64,000 nt of DNA. Source: Eledone cirrhosa. Taxonomy: Eukaryota. Made by a program: the position numbers and the translations under genes. This document shows positions 28,101 to 43,900 of this stretch, in pieces. The stretch covers positions 15,066,001 through 15,130,000 of the forward strand of contig OZ024740.1 of assembly GCA_964016885.1 (NCBI GenBank), read 5' to 3'. Within the stretch, counting starts at the first letter, position 1; every line of letters begins with the position of its first letter. The notes under the pieces were generated by a model. That model was not told the origin of the DNA, ran no database searches, and was given only the letters and a program-made list of their open reading frames with translations.

Positions 28101-31100
28101 AAACAGAGGTGTGGAATATAGGATGTTTAAAACACCTTCATGGTTAAATTTCCCACTAAACAGAGGTGTGAAATATATAATGTTTTAAATACCTTCATGG
28201 TTATATTTCCCAATAAACAGAGGTGTGAAATATAGGATGTTTTAAACACCTTCATGGTTATATTTCCCAATAAACAGAGGTGTGAAATATAGGATGTTTT
28301 AAACACCTTCATGGTTATATTTCCCACTAAACAGAGGTGTGAAATATAGGATGTTGTAAACACCTTCATGGTTACATTTCCCACTAAACAGAGGTGTGAA
28401 ATATAGGATGTTTAAAACACCTTCATGGTTATATTTCCTACTAAACAGAGGTGTGACATATAGGATGTTTTAACACATTCATGGTTATATTTCCCACTAA
28501 ACAGAGGTGTGAAATATAGGATGTTTTACACATCTTCATGGTTATATTTCCCACTAAACAGAGGTGTGAAATATAGGATGTTTTAAACACCTTCATGGCC
28601 ATATTTCCCACTAAACAGAGGTGAGGAATATAGGATGTTTTAAACCCCTTCATGGTTATATTTCACACTAAACAGAGGTGTGGAATATAGGATGCTTTAA
28701 ACACCTTCATGGTTATAATTCCCACTAAACAGAGGTGTGAAATATAGGATGCTTTAAACACCTTCTTGGTTATATTTCCCACTAAACAGAGGTGTGAAAT
28801 ATAGGATGTTTTAAACACCTTCATGGTTATATTTCCCCCTAAACAGAGGTGTGCAATATAGGATGTTTTAAACACCTTCATGGTTATATTTCTCACTAAA
28901 CAGAGGTGTGAAATATAGGATGTTTTAACACCTTCATGGTTATATTTCCCACTAAACAGAGGTGTGAAATATAGGATGTTTTAAACACCTTCATGGTTAT
29001 ATTTCCCACTAAACAGAGGTGTGAAATATAGGATGTTTTAAAAACCTTCATGCTTATATTTCCCACTAAACAGAGGTGTGAAATATAGGATGTTTTAAAC
29101 ACCTTCATGGTTTTATTTCCCACTAAACAGAGGTGTGAAATATAGGATGTTTTAAACCCCTTCATGGTTATATTTCCCACTAAACAGAGGTGTGCAATAT
29201 AGGATGTTTTAAACACCTTCATGATTATATTTCCCACTAAACAGAGGGGTGAAATATAGGATGTTTTAAACACCTTCATGGTTATATTTCCCACTACACA
29301 GAGGTGTGAAATATAGGATGTTTTAAACACCTTCATGGTTATATTTCCTACTAAACAGAGGTGTGAAATATAGGATGTTTTAAACACCTTCATGATTATA
29401 TTTCCCACTAAACAGAGGTGTGAAATATAGGATGTTTTAAACCCCTTCATGGTTATATTTCCCACTAAACAGAGGTGTGCAATATAGGATGTTTTAAACA
29501 CCTTCATGATTATATTTCCCACTAAACAGAGGTGTGAAATATAGGATGTTGTAAACACCTTCATGGTTATATTTCCCACTACACAGAGGTGTGAAATATA
29601 GGGTGTTGTAAACACCTTCATGATTATATTTCCCACTAAACAGAGGTGTGAAATATAGAATGTTTTAAATACCTTCATGGTTATATTTCCCAATAAACAG
29701 AGGTTTGAAATATAGGATGTTTTAAACACGTTCATGGTTATATTTCCCACTAAACAGAGGTGTGAAATATAGGATGTTTTAAACACCTTCATGTTTATGT
29801 TTCCCACTAAACAGAGGTGTAAAATATAGGATGTTTTAAACACATTCATGGTTATATTTTCCACTAAACAGAGGTGTGAAATATAGGATGTTTTAAACCC
29901 CTTCATGGTTATATTTCCCACTAAACAGAGGTGTGCAATATAGGATGTTTTAAACACCTTCATGATTATATTTCCCACTAAACAGAGGTGTGAAATATAG
30001 GATGTTGTAAACACCTTCATGGTTATATTTCCCACTACACAGAGGTGTGAAATATAGGGTGTTGTAAACACCTTCATGATTATATTTCCCACTAAACAGA
30101 GGTGTGAAATATAGAATGTTTTAAATACATTCATCGTTATATTTCCCAATAAACAGAGGTGTGAAATATAGGATGTTTTAAACACCTTCATGGTTATATT
30201 TCCCACTAAACAGAGGTGTGAAATATAGGATGTTTTAAACACCTTCATGGCTATATTTCCCACTAAACAGAGGTGAGGAATATAGGATGTTTTAAACCCC
30301 TTCATGGTTATATTTCACACTAAACAGAGGTGTGGAATATGGGATGCTTTAAACACCTTCATGGTTATATTTCCCACTAAACAGAGGTGTGAAATATAGG
30401 ATGCTTTAAACAACTTCATGGTTATATTTCCAACTAAACAGAGGTGTGAAATATAGGATGTTTTAAACACCTTCATGGTTATATTTCCCACTAAACAGAG
30501 GTGTGAAATATAGGATGTTTTAAACACCTTCATTGTTATATTTCCCACTAAACAGAGGTGTGAAATATAGGATGTTTTAAACACCTTCATGGTTATATTT
30601 CCCACTAAACAGAGGTGTGCAATATAGGATGTTTTAAACACCTTCATGGTTATATTTCCCACTAAACAGAGGTGTGAAATATAGGATGTTTTAACACCTT
30701 CATGGTTATATTTCCCACTAAACAGAGGTGTGAAATATAGGATGTTTTAAACACCTTCATGGTTATATTTCCCACTAAACAGAGGTGTGAAATATAGGAT
30801 GTTTTAAAAACCTTCATGGTTATATTTCCCACTAAACAGAGGTGTGAAATATAGGATGTTTTAAACACCTTCATGGTTATATTTCCCACTAAACAGAGGT
30901 GTGAAATATAGGATGTTTTAAACCCCTTCATGGTTATATTTCCCACTAAACAGAGGTGTGCAATATAGGATGTTTTAAACACCTTCATGATTATATTTCC
31001 CACTAAACAGAGGTGTGAAATATAGGAAGGTGTAAACACCTTCATGGTTATATTTTCCACTACACAGAGGTGTGAAATATAGGGTGATGTAAACACCTTC

Positions 31101-34100
31101 ATGCTTATATTTCCCATTAAACAGAGGTGTGAAATATAGAATGTTTTAAATACCTTCATGGTTATATTTCCCAATAAACAGAGGTGTGAAATATAGGATG
31201 TTTCAAACACCTTCATGGTTATATTTCCCACTAAACAGAGGTGTGAAATATAGGATGTTTTAAACACCTTCATGGTTATATTTCCGACTAAACAGAGGTG
31301 TGCAATATAGGATGTTTTAAACACCTTCATTGTTATATTTCCCACCTAACAGAGGTGTGAAATGTAGGATGTTTTAACACCTTCATGGTTATATTTCACA
31401 CTAAACAGAGGTGTGAAATATAGGATGTTTTAAACACCTTCATGGTTATATTTCCCACTACACAGAGGTGTGAAATATAGGGTGTTGTAAACACCTTCAT
31501 GATTATATTTAGAACTAAACAGAGGTGTGAAATATAGGATGTTTTAAACACCTTCATGGTTATATTTCCCACTAAACAGAAGTGTGAAATATAGGATGTT
31601 TTAAACACCTTCATGGTTATATTTCCCACTAAACAGAGGTGTGCAATATAGGATGTTTTAAACACCTTCATGATTATATTTCCCACTAAACAGAGGTGTG
31701 AAATATAGGATGTTGTAAACACCTTCATAGATATATTTCCCACTACACAGAGGTGTGAACTATAGGGTGTTGTAAACACCTTCATGATTATATTTCACAC
31801 TAAACGGAGGTGTGAAATATAGAATGTTTTAAATACATTCATGGTTATATTTCCCAATAAACAGAGGTGTGAAATATAGGATGTTTTAAACACCTTCATG
31901 GTTATATTTCCCACTAAACAGAGGTGTGAAATATAGGATGTTTTAAACACCTTCATGGCTATATTTCCCACTAAACAGAGGTGAGGAATATAGGATGTTT
32001 TAAACCCCTTCATGGTTATATTTCACACTAAACAGAGGTGTGGAATATAGGATGCTTTAAACACCTTCATGGTTATATTTCCCACTAATCAGAGGTGTGA
32101 AATATAGGATGCTTTAAACACCTTCATGGTATATTTCCCACTAAACAGAGGTGTGAAATATAGGATATTTTAAACACCTTCATTGTTATATTTCCCACTA
32201 AACAGAGGTGTGAAATATAGGATGTTTTAACACCTTCATGATTATATTTCCCACTAAACAGAGGTGTGAAATATAGGATGTTTTAAACACCTTCATGGTT
32301 ATATTTCCCACTAAACAGAGGTGTGAAATATAGGATGTTTTAAAAACCTTCATGGTTATATTTCCCACTAAACAGAGGTGTGAAATATAGGTTGTTTTAA
32401 ACACCTTCATGGTTATATTTCCCACTAAACAGAGGTGTGAAACATAGGATGTTTTAAACCCCTTCATGGTTATATTTCCCACTAAACAGAGGTGTGCAAT
32501 ATAGGATGTATTAAACACCTTCATGATTATATTTCCCACTAAACAGAGGTGTGAAACATAGGATGGTGTAAACACCTTCATGGTTATATTTCCCACTACA
32601 CAGAGGTGTGAAATATAGGGTGATGTAAACACCTTCATGCTTATATTTCCCACTAAACAGAGGTGTGAAATATAGGATGTTGTAAACCACTTCATAGTTA
32701 TATTTCCCACTACACAGAGGTGTGAAATATAGGGTGTTGTAAACACCTCCATCATTATATTTCCCACTAAACAGAGGTGTGAAATATAGAATGTTTTAAA
32801 TACATTCATCGTTATATTTCCCAATAAACAGAGGTGTGAAATATAGGATGTTTTAAACACCTTCATGGTTATATTTCCCACTAAACAGAGGTGTGAAATA
32901 TAGGATGTTTTAAACACCTTCATGGCTATATTTCCCACTAAACAGAGGTGAGGAATATAGGATGTTTTAAACCCCTTCATGGTTATATTTCACACTAAAC
33001 AGAGGTGTGGAATATGGGATGCTTTAAACACCTTCATGGTTATATTTCCCACTAAACAGAGGTGTGAAATATAGGATGCTTTAAACACCTTCATGGTTAT
33101 ATTTCCAACTAAACAGAGGTGTGAAATATAGGATGTTTTAAACACCTTCATGGTTATATTTCCCACTAAACAGAGGTGTGAAATATAGGATGTTTTAAAA
33201 ACCTTCATGGTTATATTTCCCACTAAACAGAGGTGTGAAATATAGGATGTTTTAAACACCTTCATGGTTATATTTCCCACTAAACAGAGGTGTGAAATAT
33301 AGGATGTTTTAAACCCCTTCATGGTTATATTTCCCACTAAACAGAGGTGTGCAATATAGGATGTTTTAAACACCTTCATGATTATATTTCCCACTAAACA
33401 GAGGTGTGAAATATAGGATGTTGTAAACACCTTCATGGTTATATTTCCCACTACACAGAGGTGTGAAATATAGGGTGTTGTAAACACCTTCATGATTATA
33501 TTTCCCATTAAACAGAGGTGTGAAATATAGAATGTTTTAAATACGTTCATGATTATATTTCCCAATAAACAGAGGTGTGAAATATAGGATGTTTCAAACA
33601 CCTTCATGGTTATATTTCCCACTAAACAGAGGTGTGAAATATAGGATGTTTTAAACACCTTCATGGTTATATTTCCCACTAAACAGAGGTGTGAAATATA
33701 GGATGTTTTAAACACCTTCATGGTTATATTTCCCACTAAACAGAGCTGTGAAATATAGGATGTTTTAAACAGCTTCATGATTATATTTCCCACTAAACAG
33801 TGGTGTGAAATATAGGATGTTGTAAACACCTTCATGGTTATATTTCCCACTAAACAGAGGTGTGAAATATAGGATGTTTTAAACACCTTCATGGCTATAT
33901 TTCCCACTAAACAGAGGTGAGGAATATAGGATGTTTTAAACCCCTTCGTGGTTATATTTCACACTAAACAGAGGTGTGGAATATAGGATGTTTTAAACAC
34001 CTTCATGGTTATATTTCCCACTAAACAGAGGTGTGCAATATAGGATGCTTTAAACATCTTCATGGTTATATTTCCAACTAAACAGAGGTGTGAAATATAG

Positions 34101-35900
34101 GATGTTTTAAACACCTTCATGGTTATATTTCCCACTAAACAGAGGTGTGAAATATAGGATGTTTTAAACACCTTCATGGTTATATTTCCCACTAAACAGA
34201 GGTGAGGAATATAGGATGTTTTAAACCCCTTCATGGTTATATTTCACACTAAACAGAGGTGTGGAATATAGGATGCTTTAAACACCTTCATGGTTATATT
34301 TCCCACTAAACAGAGGTGTGAAATATAGGATGCTTTAAACACCTTCATGGTATATTTCCCACTAAACAGAGGTGTGAAATATAGGATGTTTTAAACACCT
34401 TCATTGTTATATTTCCCACTAAACAGAGGTGTGAAATATAGGATGTTTTAAACACCTTCATGGTTATATTTCCCACTAAACAGAGGTGTGCAATATAGGA
34501 TGTTTTAAACACCTTCATGGTTATATTTCCCACTAAACAGAGGTGTGAAATATAGGATGTTTTAACACCTTCATGGTTATATTTCCCACTAAACAGAGGT
34601 GTGTAATATAGGATGTTTAAAACACCTTCATGGTTATATTTCCCACTAAACAGAGGTGTGAAATATAGGATGTTTTAAAAACCTTCATGGTTATATTTCC
34701 CACTACACAGAGGTGGGAAATATAGGATGTTTTAAACACCTTCATGGTTATATTTCCCATTAAACAGAGGTGTGAAATATAGGATGTTTTAAACCCCTTC
34801 ATGGTTATATTTCCCACTAAACAGAGGTGTGCAATATAGGATGTTTTAAACACCTTGATGATTATATTTCCCACTAAACAGAGGTGTGAAATATAGGATG
34901 TTGTAAACAACTTCATAGTTATATTTCCCACTAAACAGAGGTGTGAAATATAGGATGTTTTAAACACCTTCATGGTTATATTTCCCACTAAACAGAGGTG
35001 TGAAATATAGGATGTTTTAAACCCCTTCATGGTTATATTTCCCACTAAACAGAGGTGTGCAATATAGGATGTTTTAAACACCTTCATGATTATATTTCCC
35101 ACTAAACAGAGGTGTGAAATATAGGATGTTGTAAACAACTTCATAGTTATATTTCCCACTACACAGAGGTGTGAAATATAGGGTGTTGTAAACACCTTCA
35201 TGATTATATTTCCCACTAAACAGAGGTGTGAAATATAGAATGTTTTAAATACATTCATCGTTATATTTCCCAATAAACAGAGGTGTGAAATATAGGATGT
35301 TTTAAACACCTTCATGGTTATATTTCCCACTAAACAGAGGTGTGAAATATAGGATGTTTTAAACACCTTCATGGCTATATTTCCCACTAAACAGAGGTGA
35401 GGAATATAGGATGTTTTAAACCCCTTCATGGTTATATTTCACACTAAACAGAGGTGTGGAATATGGGATGCTTTAAACACCTTCATGGTTATATTTCCCA
35501 CTAAACAGAGGTGTGAAATATAGGATGCTTTAAACACCTTCATGGTTATATTTCCAACTAAACAGAGGTGTGAAATATAGGATGTTTTAAACACCTTCAT
35601 GGTTATATTTCCCACTAAACAGAGGTGTGAAATATAGGATGTTTTAAAAACCTTCATGGTTATATTTCCCACTAAACAGAGGTGTGAAATATAGGATGTT
35701 TTAAACACCTTCATGGTTATATTTCCCACTAAACAGAGCTGTGAAATATAGGATGTTTTAAACCCCTTCATGGTTATATTTCCCACTAAACAGAGGTGTG
35801 CAATATAGGATGTTTTAAACACCTTCATGATTATATTTCCCACTAAACAAAGGTGTGAAATATAGGATGTTGTAAACACCTTCATGGTTATATTTCCCAC
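17340..35900. repeat. Tandem higher-order duplication, ~9.2-9.4-kb unit (~161-165 monomers), 2 copies
   Basis: Offset 9169 for ORFs 18421/27590 through 21493/30662, 9283 for 22113/31396 through 25334/34617, and 9397 for 26042/35439. Each step is 114 bp, i.e. 2 monomers. Confidence 0.92.
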
Positions 35901-38900
35901 TACACAGAGGTGTGAAATATAGGGTGTTGTAAACACTTTCATGATTATATTTCCCATTAAAAAGAGGTGTGAAATATAGAATGTTTTAAATACGTTCATG
36001 GTTATATTTCCCAATAAACAGAGGTGTGAAATATAGGATGTTTCAAACACCTTCATGGTTATATTTCGCACTAAACAGAGGTGTGAAATATAGGATGTTT
36101 TAAACACCTTCATGGTTATATTTCCCACTAAACAGAGGTGTGAAATATAGGATGTTTTAAACACCTTCATGGTTATATTTCCCACTAAACAGAGCTGTGA
36201 AATATAGGATGTTTTAAACACCTTCATGATTATATTTCCCACTAAACAGAGGTGAGGAATATAGGATGTTTTGAACCCCTTCATGGTTATATTTCACACT
36301 AAACAGAGGTGTGAAATATAGGATGCTTTAAACACCTTCATGGTATATTTCCCACTAAACAGAGATGTGAAATATAGGATATTTTAAACACCTTCATTGT
36401 TATATTTCCCACTAAACAGAGGTGTGAAATATAGGATACTTTAAACACCTTCATGGTTATATTTCCAACTAAACAGAGGTGTGAAATATAGGATGTTTTA
36501 AACACCTTCATGGTTATATTTCCCACTAAACAGAGGTGTGAAATATAGGATGCTTTAAACATCTTCATGGTTATATTTCCAACTAAACAGAGGTGAGGAA
36601 TATAGGATGTTTTAAACCCCTTCATGGTTATATTTCACACTAAACAGAGGTGTGGAATATAGGATGCTTTAAACACCTTCATGGTTATATTTCCCACTAA
36701 ACAGAGGTGTGAAATATAGGATGCTTTAAACACCTTCATGGTATATTTCCCACTAAACAGAGGTGTGAAATATAGGATGTTTTAAACACCTTCATTGTTA
36801 TATTTCCCACTAAACAGAGGTGTGAAATATAGGATGTTTTAAACACCTTCATGGTTATATTTCCCACTAAACAGAGGTGTGAAATATAGGGTGTTGTAAA
36901 CACCTTCATGATTATATTTCACACTAAACGGAGGTGTGAAATATAGAATGTTTTAAATACATTCATGGTTATATTTCCCACTAAACAGAGGTGAGGAATA
37001 TAGGATGTTTTAAACCCCTTCATGGTTATATTTCACACTAAACAGAGGTGTGGAATATAGGATGCTTTAAACACCTTCATGGTTATATTTCCCACTAAAC
37101 AGAGGTGTGAAATATAGGATGCTTTAAACACCTTCATGGTATATTTCCCACTAAACAGAGGTGTGAAATATAGGATGTTTTAAACACCTTCATTGTTATA
37201 TTTCCCACTAAACAGAGGTGTGAAATATAGGATGTTTTAAACACCTTCATGGTTATATTTCCCACTAAAGAGAGGTGTGAAATATAGGATGTTTTAAACA
37301 CCTTCATGTTTATGTTTCCCACTAAACAGAGGTGTGAAATATAGGATGTTTTAACACCTTCATGGTTATATTTCCCACTAAACAGAGGTGTGTAATATAG
37401 GATGTTTAAAACACCTTCATGGTTATATTTCCCACTAAACAGAGGTGTGAAATATAGGATGTTTTAAAAACCTTCATGGTTATATTTCCCACTACACAGA
37501 GGTGGGAAATATAGGATGTTTTAAACACCTTCATGGTTATATTTCCCACTAAACAGAGGTGTGAAATATAGGATGTTTTAAACCCCTTCATGGTTATATT
37601 TCCCACTAAACAGAGGTGTGCAATATAGGATGTTTTAAACACCTTGATGATTATATTTCCCACTAAACAGAGGTGTGAAATATAGGATGTTGTAAACAAC
37701 TTCATAGTTATATTTCCCACTAAACAGAGGTGTGAAATATAGGATGTTTTAAACACCTTCATGGTTATATTTCCCACTAAACAGAGGTGTGAAATATAGG
37801 ATGTTTTAAACCCCTTCATGGTTATATTTCCCACTAAACAGAGGTGTGCAATATAGGATGTTTTAAACACCTTCATGATTATATTTCCCACTAAACAGAG
37901 GTGTGAAATATAGGATGTTGTAAACAACTTCATAGTTATATTTCCCACTACACAGAGGTGTGAAATATAGGGTGTTGTAAACACCTTCATGATTATATTT
38001 CCCACTAAACAGAGGTGTGAAATATAGAATGTTTTCAATACATTCATCGTTATATTTCCCAATAAACAGAGGTGTGAAATATAGGATGTTTTAAACACCT
38101 TCATGGTTATATTTCCCACTAAACAGAGGTGTGAAATATAGGATGTTTTAAACACCTTCATGGCTATATTTCCCACTAAACAGAGGTGAGGAATATAGGA
38201 TGTTTTAAACCCCTTCATGGTTATATTTCACACTAAACAGAGGTGTGGAATATGGGATGCTTTAAACACCTTCATGGTTATATTTCCCACTAAACAGAGG
38301 TGTGAAATATAGGATGCTTTAAACACCTTCATGGTTATATTTCCAACTAAACAGAGGTGTGAAATATAGGATGTTTTAAACACCTTCATGGTTATATTTC
38401 CCACTAAACAGAGGTGTGAAATATAGGATGTTTTAAAAACCTTCATGGTTATATTTCCCACTAAACAGAGGTGTGAAATATAGGATGTTTTAAACACCTT
38501 CATGGTTATATTTCCCACTAAACAGAGCTGTGAAATATAGGATGTTTTAAACCCCTTCATGGTTATATTTCCCACTAAACAGAGGTGTGCAATATAGGAT
38601 GTTTTAAACACCTTCATGATTATATTTCCCACTAAACAAAGGTGTGAAATATAGGATGTTTTAAACACCTTCATGGTTATATTTCCCACTAAACAGAGGT
38701 GTGAAATATAGGATGTTTTAAACACCTTCATGGTTATATTTCCCACTAAACAGAGCTGTGAAATATAGGATGTTTTAAACACCTTCATGATTATATTTCC
38801 CACTAAACAGAGGTGAGGAATATAGGATGTTTTGAACCCCTTCATGGTTATATTTCACACTAAACAGAGGTGTGAAATATAGGATGCTTTAAACACCTTC

Positions 38901-39530
38901 ATGGTATATTTCCCACTAAACAGAGGTGTGAAATATAGGATATTTTAAACACCTTCATTGTTATATTTCCCACTAAACAGAGGTGTGAAATATAGGATGC
39001 TTTAAACACCTTCATGGTTATATTTCCAACTAAACAGAGGTGTGAAATATAGGATGTTTTAAACACCTTCATGGTTATATTTCCCACTAAACAGAGGTGT
39101 GAAATATAGGATGCTTTAAACATCTTCATGGTTATATTTCCAACTAAACAGAGGTGAGGAATATAGGATGTTTAAACCCCTTCATGGTTATATTTCACAC
39201 TAAACAGAGGTGTGGAATATAGGATGCTTTAAACACCTTCATGGTTATATTTCCCACTAAACAGAGGTGTGAAATATAGGATGCTTTAAACACCTTCATG
39301 GTATATTTCCCACTAAACAGAGGTGTGAAATATAGGATGTTTTAAACACCTTCATTGTTATATTTCCCACTAAACAGAGGTGTGAAATATAGGATGTTTT
39401 AAACACCTTCATGGTTATATTTCCCACTAAACAGAGGTGTGAAATATAGGGTGTTGTAAACACCTTCATGATTATATTTCACACTAAACGGAGGTGTGAA
39501 ATATAGAATGTTTTAAATACATTCATGGTT
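34190..39530. repeat. Tandem higher-order duplication, 2789-bp unit (49 monomers minus 4 bp); second copy lacks 4 monomers
   Basis: ORF pairs 34345/37134, 34617/37406 and 35439/38228 are offset by 2789. Pair 36338/38899 is offset by 2561 (228 bp less). The rare TTTTGAACCCC variant is shared. Confidence 0.88.
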
Positions 39531-40964
39531 ATATTTCCCAATAAACAGAGGTGTGAAATATAGGATGTTTTAAACACCTTCATGGTTATATTTCCCACTA
39601 AACAGAGGTGTGAAATATAGGATGTTTTAAACACCTTCATGGCTATATTTCCCACTAAACAGAGGTGAGGAATATAGGATGTTTTAAACCCCTTCATGGT
39701 TATATTTCACACTAAACAGAGGTGTGGAATATGGGGTGCTTTAAACACCTTCATGGTTATATTTCCCACTAAACAGAGGTGTGAAATATAGGATGTTTTA
39801 ACACCTTCATGATTATATTTCCCACTAAACAGAGGTGTGAAATATAGGATGGTTTAAACACCTTCATGGTTATATTTCCCACTAAACAGAGGTGTGAAAT
39901 ATAGGATGTTTTAAAAACCTTCATGGTTATATTTCCCACTAAACAGAGGTGTGAAATATAGGATGGTTTAAACACCTTCATGGTTATATTTCCCACTAAA
40001 CAGAGGTGTGAAATATAGGATGTTTTAAACACCTTGATGATTATATTTCCCACTAAACAGAGGTGTGAAATATAGGATGTTGTAAACACCTTCATGTTTA
40101 TATTTCCCACTACAAAGAGGTGTGAAATATAGGGTGTTGTAAACACCTTCATGCTTATATTTCCCATTAAACAGAGGTGTGAAATATAGAATGTTTTAAA
40201 TAACTTCATGGTTATATTTCCCAATAAATAGAGGTGTGAAATATAGGATGTTTCAAACACCTTCATGGTTATATTTCCCACTAAACAGAGGTGTGAAATA
40301 TAGGATGTTTTAAACACCTTCATGGTTATATTTCCCACTAAACAGAGGTGTGAAATATAGGATGTTTTAAACACCTTCATGGTTATATTTCCCACTAAAC
40401 AGAGCTGTGAAATATAGGATGTTTTAAACCCCTTCATGGTTATATTTCCCACTAAACAGAGGTGTGCAATATAGGATGTGTTAAACACCTTCATGATTAT
40501 ATTTCCCACTAAACAGAGGTGTGAAATATAGGATGTTGTAAACACCTTCATGGTTATATTTCCCAGTACACAGAGGTGTGAAATATATGGTGTTGTAAAC
40601 ACCTTCATGATTATATTTCCCACTAAACAGAGGTGTGAAATATAGAATGTTTTAAATACCTTCATGGTTATATTTCCCAATAAACAGAGGTGTGAAATAT
40701 AGGATGTTGTAAACACCTTCATGGTTATATTTCCCACTACACAGAGGTGTGAAATATAGGGTGTTGTAAACCCCTTCATGATTATATGTCCCACTAAACA
40801 GAGGTGTGAAATATAGAATGTTTTAAATACATTCATGGTTATATTTCACACTAAACAGAGGTGTGAAATATAGGATGTTTTAAACACCTTCATGGCTATA
40901 TTTCCCACTGAACAGAGGTGAGGAATATAGGATGTTTTAAACCCCTTCATGGTTATATTTCACA

Positions 40965-43900
40965 CTAAACAGAGGTGTGGAATATAGGATGCTTTAAACA
41001 CCTTCATGGTTATATTTCCCACTAAACAGAGGTGTGAAATATAGGATGCTTTAAACACCTTCATGGTTATATTTCCATCTAAACAGAGGTGTGAAATATA
41101 GGATGTTTTAAACACCTTCATGGTTATATTTCCCATTAAGCAGAGGTGTGAAATATAGGATGTTTTAAACACCTTCATGGTTATATTTCCCACTAAACAG
41201 AGGTGTGCAATATAGGATGTTTTAAACACCTTCATGGTTATATTTCCCACTAAACAGAGGTGTGAAATATAGGATGTTTTAACACCTTCATGGTTATATT
41301 TCCCACTAAACAGAGGTGTGAAATATAGGATGTTTTAAAAACCTTCATGATTATATTTCCCACTAAACAGAGGTGTGAAATATAGGATGTTTTAAACACC
41401 TTCATGGTTATATTTCCCACTAAACAGAGGTGTGAAATATAGGATGTTTTAAACCCCTTCATGGTTATATTTCCCACTAAACATAGGTGTACAATATAGG
41501 ATGTTTTAAACACCTTCATGATTATATTTCCCACTAAACAGAGGTGTGAAATATAGGATGTTGTAAACACCTTCATGGTTATATTTCCCAATACACAGAG
41601 GTGTGAAATATAGGGTGTTGTAAACACCTTCATGATTATATTTCCCACTAAACAGAGGTGTGAAATATAGAATGTTTTAAATACATTCATGGTTATATTT
41701 CCCAATAAACAGAGGTGTGAAATATAGGATGTTTTAAACACCTTCATGGTTATATTTCACACTAAACAGAGGTGTGGAATATAGGATGTTTTAAACACCT
41801 TCATGGTTATATTTCTCACTAAACAGTGGTGTGAAATATAGGATGTTTTAAAAACCTTCATGGTTATATTTCCCACTACACAGAGGTGTGAAATATAGGG
41901 TGTTGTAAACACCTTCATGATTATATTTCCCACTAAAAAGAGGTGTGAAATATAGGATGTTTTAAACACATTCATGGCTATATTTCCCACTAAACAGAGG
42001 TGAGGAATATAGGATGTTTTAAACCCCTTCATGGTCATATTTCACACTAAACAGAGGTGTGGAATATAGGATGCTTTAAACACCTTCATGGTTATATTTC
42101 CCACTAAACAGAGGTGTGAAATATAGGATGCTTTAAACACCTTCATGGTATATTTCCCACTAAACAGAGGTGTGAAATATAGGATGTTTTAAACACCTTC
42201 ATTGTTATATTTCCCACTAAACAGAGGTGTGAAATATAGGATGTTTTAAACACCTTCATGATTATATTTCCCACTAAACAGAGGTGTGAAATATAGGATG
42301 TTTTAAAAACCTTCATGCTTATATTTCCCACTAAACAGAGGTGTGAAATATAGGATGTTTTAAACACCTTCATGGTTATATTTCCCACTAAACAGAGGTG
42401 TGAAATATAGGATGTTTTAAACCCATTCATGGTTATATTTCCCACTAAACAGAGGTGTGCAATATAGGATGTTTTAAACACCTTCATGATTATATTTCCC
42501 ACTAAACAGAGGTGTGAAATATAGGATGTTTTAAACACCTTCATGGTTATATTTCCCACTACACAGAGGTGTGAAATATAAGGTGTTGTAAACAGCTTCA
42601 TGATTATATTTCACACTAAACAGAGGTGTGAAATATAGAATGTTTTAAATACCTTCATGGTTATATTTCCCAATAAACAGAGGTGTGAAATATAGGATGT
42701 TTCAAACACCTTCAAGGTTATATTTCCCACTAAACAGAGGTGTGAAATATAGGATGTTTTAAACACCTTCATGGTTATATTTCCCACTAAACAGAGGTGT
42801 GAAATATAGGATGTTTTAAACACCTTCATGGTTATATTTCCCACTAAACAGAGGTGTGAAATATAGGATGTTTTAAACACCTTCATGTTTATGTTTCCCA
42901 CTAAACAGAGGTGTGAAATATAGGATGTTTTAAACACCTTCATGGTTATATTTCCCACTAAACAGAGGTGTGAAATATAGGATGTTTTAAACCCATTCAT
43001 GGTTATATTTCCCACTAAACAGAGGTGTGCAATATAGGATGTTTTAAACACCTTCATGATTATATTTCCCACTAAACAGAGGTGTGAAATATAGGATGTT
43101 GTAAACACCTTCATGGTTATATTTCCCACTACACAGAGGTGTGAAATATAGGGTGTTGTAAACACCTTCATGATAATATTTCCCACTAAACAGAGGTGTG
43201 AAATATAGAATGTTTTAAATACATTCATCGTTATATTTCCCAATAAACAGAGGTGTGAAATATAGGATGTTTTAAACACCTTCATGGTTATATTTCCCAC
43301 TAAACAGAGGTATGAAATAAAGGATGTTTTAAACACCTTCATGGCTATATTTCCCACTAAACAGAGGTGAGGAATATAGGATGTTTTAAACCCCTTCATG
43401 GTTATATTTCACACTAAACAGAGGTGTGGAATATGGGATGCTTTAAACACCTTCATTGTTATATTTCCCACTAAACAGAGGTGTGGAATATAGGATGCTT
43501 TAAACACCTTCATGGTTATATTTCCCACTAAACAGAGGTGTGAAATATAGGATGCTTTAAACACCTTCATGGTTATATTTCCATCTAAACAGAGGTGTGA
43601 AATATAGGATGTTTTAAACACCTTCATGGTTATATTTCCCATTAAGCAGAGGTGTGAAATATAGGATGTTTTAAACACCTTCATGGTTATATTTCCCACT
43701 AAACAGAGGTGTGCAATATAGGATGTTTTAAACACCTTCATGGTTATATTTCCCACTAAACAGAGGTGTGAAATATAGGATGTTTTAACACCTTCATGGT
43801 TATATTTCCCACTAAACAGAGGTGTGAAATATAGGATGTTTTAAAAACCTTCATGATTATATTTCCCACTAAACAGAGGTGTGAAATATAGGATGTTTTA

